Shown here: one piece after another, positions 43,876 through 64,000 of the stretch
How the letters are laid out: every line of letters starts with the position of its first letter
Position numbering within the stretch: position 1 is the first letter of the stretch
DNA from: a virus
Virus record (IMG/VR): IMGVR_UViG_3300014502_000006
Location: 1-64,000 of that record
Reading direction: 5' to 3' (one strand)
DNA: 64,000 nucleotides
Notes under the pieces: model-generated
Databases searched by the model: none
Seen by the model: only the letters and a program-made list of their open reading frames with translations
What the model was told of the DNA's origin: nothing
Translations under genes and position numbers: made by a program

Positions 43876-45255
43876 TTATGCAGGATAGATGCGAGCAAAA
43901 GAATATGCAAGGGTTATACCACCCGCATTAGCCCACTTTAGGGTTACATCTCCTCCAGTTCCCCATCCGCCTGTTGTATAAACACATCTTCTATAAGTAC
44001 AAGCCTGTTTCCAAGAACCATCTGGCGATTGTCCACCCCACCAGCTTGTGGAATAAGGGGATACTATCTCTTGATTTGCGACATCTGCGATATAGTTATT
44101 CCCTGAATTATTCCAACCACCAACAACTCCCCACAACATTTCATCCGCACCCAATGTGATTGTTGTAGTGATTGGGTCTGACGCTCCTGTACTACCAGAA
44201 CCGGTGGCAGCAGTCGTTTGGTTAACCCCGAACATGCTCACGCACCAATATGAACCCCACATATCACTAGCACCTACGGTTTGGAAATCAACTGTATTTG
44301 CTCCTGTAGATGGATTTTTTTTATAAAAAATATAACTATATGTACTACCGGTGACACGTGTATCTAGTTGTGTCATTGCAGCACCGTTATAGGTAGCCGT
44401 GATAGTATCATTACCACCAACTCCATATGATACAAATAAAAACAGTGCCCTGTTACCGAATTCAGTACCCACTGTATGCGTCCAACTTACATCATTAGCT
44501 CCAGATGTTGTTCCATAAGTTATATTGTCCAATAGGATTGGAGGAGGAGCGGGATTTGCATATTGTTTCAGCATTAATCCAACATGAACATTTGGGGTAC
44601 TAGGATAACCCCAAGTTATTGCTTCCGTGTTAGTTCCGGTAAGAAGGCTACATTCTGCTACTGAGAGGTTGCCGGTAACGCCGTTAGCGTCTATTACCAT
44701 TGTTGAAGGTGAGTTAGCAAAAAGAGGGTCGGTTTGTCCTAGTGTTGCAAAAAAACTCACACACACATCACCGGGTACGGGTTTGAACTTTATTGTTGAA
44801 CTAACCCTAGTATAATAATCTTTGACACATTCACCAATACTACCTACATTATCCCAAGAACTGGCAACAAAAGCCATATCTTGTGCAACCGCAGTGGTTA
44901 CCACTACGTTGTGTGCCCCTGATGCCGGGAGATTCGTTTCCAATAAATACCATATTTGAATGGCTATATCTCCTTGCAAGTTATCGGTAATACAGCATGT
45001 CATTGATGTAGCATTATATGTAACTCCTGTGGCATAACCACTAGAACGATACGCTGTAGCTACAAGAAGGCATCTGCTGAAATTTCCATCGATTGTATGG
45101 CTGAACGTGGAAGTTGTTTCTCCGCCCACATATGTTACATACTTAGTTACAGCATCCAAAGTAGGACTAAGAACTACTGTTTTTTGATTATCGGGTAGCC
45201 CAAAACTATCAAGTTGCCCGACATTGTATCTCATTCTTTCGTGTGTTATTGCCAT
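43876..45255 (-). CDS. Structural protein with two tandem beta-rich domains
   Basis: Repeated SHT/THT...R.L.....TYN...MT....Y...P.SG/TG...V pattern. Confidence 0.6.
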   Translation of the reverse strand: MAITHERMRYNVGQLDSFGLPDNQKTVVLSPTLDAVTKYVTYVGGETTSTFSHTIDGNFSRCLLVATAYRSSGYATGVTYNATSMTCCITDNLQGDIAIQIWYLLETNLPASGAHNVVVTTAVAQDMAFVASSWDNVGSIGECVKDYYTRVSSTIKFKPVPGDVCVSFFATLGQTDPLFANSPSTMVIDANGVTGNLSVAECSLLTGTNTEAITWGYPSTPNVHVGLMLKQYANPAPPPILLDNITYGTTSGANDVSWTHTVGTEFGNRALFLFVSYGVGGNDTITATYNGAAMTQLDTRVTGSTYSYIFYKKNPSTGANTVDFQTVGASDMWGSYWCVSMFGVNQTTAATGSGSTGASDPITTTITLGADEMLWGVVGGWNNSGNNYIADVANQEIVSPYSTSWWGGQSPDGSWKQACTYRRCVYTTGGWGTGGDVTLKWANAGGITLAYSFARIYPA

Positions 45256-45256
45256 A

Positions 45257-45607
45257 TTACGTTATCCTATTTACAAAACCGTGTATCACCATTTTGTTTG
45301 CAACAGATGCAAACGCTGTGACAACCAGAGAATTTTGTAATACCAATCCGGGTACAACAAGCATCAAGCCGTTATTGGCTTCAACATAATTAATGATGTT
45401 GCCGTTTGGCACGGTAGTTTCACCCCACTCGATAGTTAATTTACCTCTTTGAGTATCGCTGTTAAAACAATACAACCATATTTCGTCCCAACTTGAAGTG
45501 CCAGTTACCGCTGTATGAATGGTAGTACCGGTGGTAGCCGTAGCTACCACCTTTATGCCTTTTCCGTTTGTACTACCTGATAGAATTACTTTAGCAAAAG
45601 TTGACAT
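45257..45607 (-). CDS. Small conserved virion protein
   Basis: STNGKGIKVVATAT.GTTIHTA, DEIWLY, LTIEWG, GLVLQNS..V.AFA, VNRI pattern seen next to phage fibre genes. Confidence 0.6.
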   Translation of the reverse strand: MSTFAKVILSGSTNGKGIKVVATATTGTTIHTAVTGTSSWDEIWLYCFNSDTQRGKLTIEWGETTVPNGNIINYVEANNGLMLVVPGLVLQNSLVVTAFASVANKMVIHGFVNRIT

Positions 45608-45618
45608 TTAGGTAACTC

Positions 45619-59804
<14,186 letters not shown>

Positions 59805-59844
59805 GTTTTCCTCCTTTCCCGCCATTTTGAGACGAAATTAAAAA

Positions 59845-60339
59845 TCAGCCCAACCCTACGGGGGTTGTTGGATTCGTGTTTGTGGTTGTTGTGGTGCTAC
59901 CGCCAGTATTATCAGAAGGATTGGTAGTAGTTGTTATAGTGCTACCGCTGCCTGTATTATCGGAAGGGCTGGTGGTAGTCGTTGTGGTAGTATTTGAATC
60001 ATCGGATAAAGATAAAACTTCTGCTTCGATATAAGCAGAAAGAATATCTTGGCCTATTATGATTTTTCTACCCGTAAGTATCTTGGTAGCCGTATCCATC
60101 GCATATTGTTTTCTATCGGTTATTTTTTTGGCATTGTATAATTGTTGTGCCGCACTCACCGCCATATTAGCAACAAATTTTATTTGTTCTCCCCTATCAC
60201 CTGTTAGTTTTAATCTTGCTATATTGGTGTTTGCAGCAGCCAGTTGTATTCTTTTCGTAAGCAATATTCCAACCGCAGCAGCGATGGGGAGTAAAAGTGC
60301 AGATGCAATTGATGCAAGAACAGGCCAGAATGCTTCCAT
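59845..60339 (-). CDS. Phage holin, LL-H-like, with Thr/Ser-rich tail
   Basis: N-terminal TM; AVSAAQQL...RKQYA...IEAEV; GGAGG RBS. Confidence 0.65.
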   Translation of the reverse strand: MEAFWPVLASIASALLLPIAAAVGILLTKRIQLAAANTNIARLKLTGDRGEQIKFVANMAVSAAQQLYNAKKITDRKQYAMDTATKILTGRKIIIGQDILSAYIEAEVLSLSDDSNTTTTTTTSPSDNTGSGSTITTTTNPSDNTGGSTTTTTNTNPTTPVGLG

Positions 60340-60362
60340 AATAACCTCCTTCTTTGGATAAC

Positions 60363-60393
60363 AAAAAACTCCTACTAAAAAGTAGGAGTTTTT
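60363..60393. terminator. Intrinsic terminator, bidirectional
   Basis: AAAAAACTCCTACT-AAAA-AGTAGGAGTTTTT. Confidence 0.75.
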
Positions 60394-60406
60394 AAAAATT
60401 TTATAG

Positions 60407-60478
60407 AGCCGAATAGTGGAATTGCACCACTTACATTCTCTTTACAAGGGAGACGTTCTACTGGTGAACTAATCCGGC
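60407..60478 (-). tRNA. tRNA-Thr(UGU), atypical
   Basis: GCCGGAT/ATTCGGC acceptor, GTTC/GAAC D-stem, CT-TGT-AA loop, AGTGG/CCACT T-stem with TGCAATT loop; no encoded CCA. Confidence 0.8.
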
Positions 60479-60518
60479 ATTTTGGGGGAAGTAAATTTCC
60501 CCCTTTATTGCGAGTACC

Positions 60519-60743
60519 CTAGCCTCGACAGCTACAATCTTTTCTTTCAATTTCGGTAAGGTCAAGCGGATAGCTGCATAGTATTTCACATACTACGTCT
60601 TGCCATGCGTGCCTTACTTCTTCAGATAATTCGTCAAATGGGATGGTTTCACCCATCCCATTTTTCCCAACCATTTCGTCCAAATATCTATGATAGGCTT
60701 CATAAGCCTTACGTGCTAAGATTTCTCTAGCCCACTTTTCCAA
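60519..60743 (-). CDS. Hypothetical protein
   Basis: 74 aa; AAGGAGG RBS before a TTG start. Confidence 0.55.
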   Translation of the reverse strand: MEKWAREILARKAYEAYHRYLDEMVGKNGMGETIPFDELSEEVRHAWQDVVCEILCSYPLDLTEIERKDCSCRG

Positions 60744-60908
60744 TGAAACCTCCTTCTATTCGTCAAAACAGGTACGGCAGGGGTCTGACCAAAACCACAT
60801 CCTCCTATAAAACTTCACCCCAATAAACCTAACTGGAATAAAACTCGATAAAAGAATGCCGCTTTACCGCTGGTTGGGCTGACCTGATATGCCCCCGAAG
60901 GGACTGCA

Positions 60909-62390
60909 CTACACTGCAATGCAGTCGTACTTCGGGTCGCTCAAAGTTTCTACCATCATGTCGTATGGGGTCAAGCCAACACCCTTCAAGATTGCCTTGA
61001 AAACGCTAGGTGACTGACCGGAAGCCAACTGGACACCGTGCTCGTCCATTTCGGCATGGAATACATTTCTGTTGCGTGAGTCTACCTGCCAGTAGACCAT
61101 GTTAGGCAACTCGTAACCTGCACGAGCAAACTTCTCCTTCATCGCCTTGTTGAAAGTCTTTCCTCTGCTGTTTTCAGCAGAATCAATTTCCATATCGGAA
61201 ATGATGATGATAGACTTTGGCATATCCGCCTGTGGCACACTGTACTTTACAGCAGTATCCAGAACTAGCTCGAATACAGCCTGTAGGTTGGTGTTCGCCA
61301 CAATGGATGGCACGCACTTAATCTTGTCCTTAAGCGTCTTACCGGTCAAGGTAACGAAGCTAGGACTCTCGGAGAAGGTAATGAACTGGTTCTTGAACTG
61401 ACCGGTGTTGCGCTCAGCAAAGTAGACAGCCAAGCCAACAGAGGTGCAGATAGGGCGACCTTCCATAGAGCCGGAAGTATCAGCAACGATAAGTACATTG
61501 TCGCCATCTTCCACATAGTTAGGAAGTGCCTTCCACTGCTCTTCAAGAACTTCATCCCAACTGCTCATGTTGAACTTTCCACCATAGCCGTAGCCAAAAC
61601 CGAACCCCATCTTCTCGAAGAGGTCGTATGGATACAGGGTAGCAGAGTGAATAACTGCTTCACCCTTCTGTACCTTGGTGATGAATGAAGTGAAGCCCTC
61701 AGGGTCGTGGCGACCAAAAGCCTTGCGATAGTTCGCCATAGCCTTGCTAGGTACTGCGGAGTAGTTAATCTTATCCCATGCCTTTGCAGACATGAAAACT
61801 TCGGTCAACTTCAACCAGCCACGAAGCATAGCCAGATGCTTACGGTAATCGCGCTCGCTGTAGCCAATGTGCTTGGCGGTCAACTTACCAAGCTTGCGAG
61901 ATTCCGGGCTACTGGTATTAATGGACTTCAACCACTTAGCCATTAAAGAGATAGGCTGTCCATGCTCGTAAGCGTTAATATCCTTGCTCCACTGCTCGGC
62001 AATCAAACCCCAAGCAATGCCCTCGGCTTCTGTTCCGATGAACGAATAGATATCATCCCAACGTCCGAACTCAGGGATGTGTGCCATGTTTCGAATCATA
62101 GTGTCACGATGGGTACTGGCAAGCCAAGCCCACATGCGGCGTGCAACTTCACGCTCGCCCAAACCACCACGCACGTTACGCGCGTAGAAAGAAAGCTTGG
62201 TGGCAAGCAACGGATTTTCGTTGTATGCCTTCTCGAACATGGAGTCCACATCATGTGGGCGGGTGCGCAATGCGCCTACCACGCCGAACAAGTCCAGTAA
62301 AGGACTTCCGGTAGAGCCAATGGCATCCGCACCATTCTCAGTGCGAGTCCAACTGGAGTTAGTAGCAAGTCGCTGTGCAAAAGTATTCAT
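60909..62390 (-). CDS. DUF2828-family TROVE/Ro60-like helical protein with C-terminal vWA domain
   Basis: TENGA, LLDLFG, RNVRGGLGER, GRWDD, AKWL, VPSKAM, LYPYDL, QWKAL; MIDAS DTSGS, FITFS, NTNLQAVF, IISDME; AAGGAG RBS (ATG at 62390 or TTG at 62396). Confidence 0.85.
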   Translation of the reverse strand: MNTFAQRLATNSSWTRTENGADAIGSTGSPLLDLFGVVGALRTRPHDVDSMFEKAYNENPLLATKLSFYARNVRGGLGEREVARRMWAWLASTHRDTMIRNMAHIPEFGRWDDIYSFIGTEAEGIAWGLIAEQWSKDINAYEHGQPISLMAKWLKSINTSSPESRKLGKLTAKHIGYSERDYRKHLAMLRGWLKLTEVFMSAKAWDKINYSAVPSKAMANYRKAFGRHDPEGFTSFITKVQKGEAVIHSATLYPYDLFEKMGFGFGYGYGGKFNMSSWDEVLEEQWKALPNYVEDGDNVLIVADTSGSMEGRPICTSVGLAVYFAERNTGQFKNQFITFSESPSFVTLTGKTLKDKIKCVPSIVANTNLQAVFELVLDTAVKYSVPQADMPKSIIIISDMEIDSAENSRGKTFNKAMKEKFARAGYELPNMVYWQVDSRNRNVFHAEMDEHGVQLASGQSPSVFKAILKGVGLTPYDMMVETLSDPKYDCIAV

Positions 62391-62420
62391 TTTCAAAAGT
62401 CTCCTTTAAAGAATTTTACT

Positions 62421-62965
62421 AGACGCATATAAACGAGTCAAATTTGCGGTTTGATTGGTTGGGTTGCTGTTAGCGTCTTAATAATTTAAATTTGTCACGA
62501 CAGTTTTCCCACTTTTTGTTTTACAAGAGAAGCTGGAAACTCTTTTTTTCTGAGAGTAGGCTTTCGCCCCTCTTTCAGAATCATGAGTTGTGACGTGTTA
62601 GGTCTGTTTTGGGTTGCTGAGCCTGTCGTTAGTACTTTTTTTAATATATCACGGCGGTTCTTTTTTTCCCCGCCTACGGGGAGTAAAATCCCGTTGGGAT
62701 TTTATTGGATTCGAACCAATCAGTATTTTGGGTTGCTGCACCCGCCGTTCTTTATAATTCCTCAAGACCCTTATTTATCAATTAACAGTTGATTTATTTT
62801 GGTTGCTGTCCGGGTCTTCTTACTTTATAATTCATCACGACCCATTTAAGATTCTTCTGATAGAATTTTTTATTGGGTTGCTGTTAGGGTCGTATTTTAT
62901 AATTTCTCAAGGCTCTATTTTTTTCCAGTTTTCATATTGGTTTTTTGGGTTGCTGTATGAGCCTT
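62421..62965 (-). ncRNA. Tandem array of six structured RNA units (closing stem + CAGCAACC motif + variable hairpin cargo)
   Basis: Units 62909-62965, 62837-62893, 62764-62818, 62651-62748, 62497-62629, 62421-62478; closing stems differ in sequence but all pair; AT-rich linkers. Confidence 0.8.
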
Positions 62966-62980
62966 TCAAATCATATTACT

Positions 62981-63009
62981 ATTATACCACACTTTTCGAT
63001 TTTTGTCAA
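62981..63009 (-). promoter_or_regulatory. Consensus sigma70/sigmaA promoter with extended -10
   Basis: TTGACA (63009-63004), 17 nt spacer ending TGG, TATAAT (62986-62981); points into the RNA array. Confidence 0.85.
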
Positions 63010-63063
63010 GGGTAAAAAGCATTTTCCATTGGCATAAAAGTAAGATTTTAAATTACAATATAT

Positions 63064-63222
63064 TTATAGCAGTCCAAGTAAATGTAGTATTACCAAAATG
63101 ATTATGATAACAATCAGAGTGTGAATCCAATTACCGGTTGCAGGAAAGTTGGGAAATATATTTCCACCAAACGCACCAAGCAACCAAAGAATAAGTAAAA
63201 TTATAATAATTGTCCACAACAT
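63064..63222 (-). CDS. lmo0937-like small membrane protein (52 aa)
   Basis: Manual translation MLWTIIIILLILWLLGAFGG...GNWIHTLIVIIIILVILHLLGLL; below the ORF-track cutoff. Confidence 0.7.
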   Translation of the reverse strand: MLWTIIIILLILWLLGAFGGNIFPNFPATGNWIHTLIVIIIILVILHLLGLL

Positions 63223-63234
63223 GATATTACCTGT

Positions 63235-63378
63235 TTACCAAGGGATAAAGGCAGCAACAACAAAAGCAAAACCTAAATTCATAAAATCAATCGGGACATT
63301 TTTAGGAACTCCAAATGCTTTCAAGACAAAACAAATAAGTGCTATAATCAAAAAAACAATCGAAAGACTAAGCTTCAT
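63235..63378 (-). CDS. Small 2-TM membrane protein (47 aa)
   Basis: MKLSLSIVFLIIALICFVLKAFGVPKNVPIDFMNLGFAFVVAAFIPW; GAGGAG RBS. Confidence 0.65.
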   Translation of the reverse strand: MKLSLSIVFLIIALICFVLKAFGVPKNVPIDFMNLGFAFVVAAFIPW

Positions 63379-63493
63379 TTTTTATCTCCTCTCTTAAACC
63401 AAGAATACTCATCTTATCGGTATATCGCTTGCATATCGTCTAGATGTGACAGTGTAATTCGCTTTTATTATAATAAAACTTATATTTTATGCT

Positions 63494-63560
63494 AGACACA
63501 TTTTAGGGGTTGAACCTATCTGCCCGAAGGCATTTAACCTAGAGATTGCTGTATGTGTCT
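63494..63560 (-). ncRNA. Seventh, stand-alone CAGCAA RNA unit
   Basis: AGACAC-ATA-CAGCAA...GTGTCT enclosing a TGCC-TTCG-GGCA hairpin and a TAGG-TTCAACC-CCTA T-arm. Confidence 0.7.
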
Positions 63561-63564
63561 GAGG

Positions 63565-63635
63565 CAGGTAGTGAGAGACTTGAACTCCCATCAAGAGTTT
63601 TGGAGACAATTATCCTTCCATTAGACGAACCACCT
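63565..63635 (-). tRNA. tRNA-Trp(CCA) with degenerate anticodon stem
   Basis: AGGTGGT/ACTACCT acceptor, CT-CCA-AA loop, GGGAG-TTCAAGT-CTCTC T-arm; anticodon stem ATTGT/ACTCT has two mismatches. Confidence 0.75.
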
Positions 63636-63653
63636 GAGTAGAGGCTTTAAACC

Positions 63654-63773
63654 CTATTTAGAATACGGGCCTCTGGTATATACTTTTTTAGCCGCGGGGC
63701 GGCGAGTTTTAGGCCATGAAAGGCGAGTGCTTTTCCTGCCCCAAGTTTTACTGTTTCCGTGTACTATTCGCAT
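63654..63773 (-). CDS. Small highly basic peptide (39 aa)
   Basis: MRIVHGNSKTWGRKSTRLSWPKTRRPAAKKVYTRGPYSK behind AAAGGA. Confidence 0.4.
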   Translation of the reverse strand: MRIVHGNSKTWGRKSTRLSWPKTRRPAAKKVYTRGPYSK

Positions 63774-63976
63774 TTTATTTTCCTTTGTTGACTATGTTTA
63801 GAACTGGTAAACTGCTGGCTTACATGGGATACGCTGAATCGGGTATCGTCCTCACAGCCGTTCGATATTAAGGCGATTTTTATTATCGCCTGTCCTTATG
63901 TCCAATATGCAGTTTTTCGAGACTACCTTGTTCCGATACTCATCCTCCCCATTGAAGGAGGCATCTAAACATAGAG

Positions 63977-64000
63977 TGGAGTAGATGGGACTTGAACCCA
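63977..64000 (-). tRNA. 3' end of a tRNA truncated by the window edge
   Basis: TGGG-TTCAAGT-CCCA-TCTACTCC-A; identity cannot be determined. Confidence 0.65.

Noticed and set aside
62421-62965. CRISPR array or SAM-I riboswitch tandem
   Set aside because: Repeats are not identical direct repeats, insert lengths vary widely, and there are no cas genes. CAGCAACC occurs in SAM-I, but its GGTGC partner and AUC..GAG elements are absent.
62583-63397. Plus-strand ORFs 62583..62792, 62803..63015, 63149..63397
   Set aside because: Antisense to the RNA array and to two better-supported minus-strand membrane microproteins

Overview
This window is the virion morphogenesis region of a large tailed phage, most likely a siphovirus. 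Gene order and protein sizes resemble SPbeta/c-st-like large phages; this comes from recalled family features, not a database search. Essentially all real genes lie on the minus strand. In transcription order (64000 to 1) there is a tRNA/ncRNA-rich island with a DUF2828/TROVE-like vWA protein, a holin, and a ~24 kb fibre cassette that includes a 4622-aa Gly-X-Thr collagen-like protein. Then come a papain-like peptidase, terminase, portal, ferritin, protease/scaffold, two decoration paralogs, major capsid, head-tail connectors, tail tube, RuvC and a tyrosine recombinase. The module ends with a Hint-domain tape measure protein, Dit, Tal and baseplate/fibre genes. The most striking find is at 62421-63560. 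A perfect TTGACA-17-TATAAT promoter drives six tandem RNA units (a seventh lies next to tRNA-Trp) straight into the Ro60/TROVE-like gene. Each unit has a covarying 6-7 bp closing stem, a fixed NNN-CAGCAA(CCC) motif and a variable cargo. Several cargos mimic tRNA anticodon arms (Asn, Cys) or T-arms. This is a candidate undescribed phage ribonucleoprotein system displaying tRNA-fragment decoys. No database searches were possible; product calls rest on motifs and synteny.
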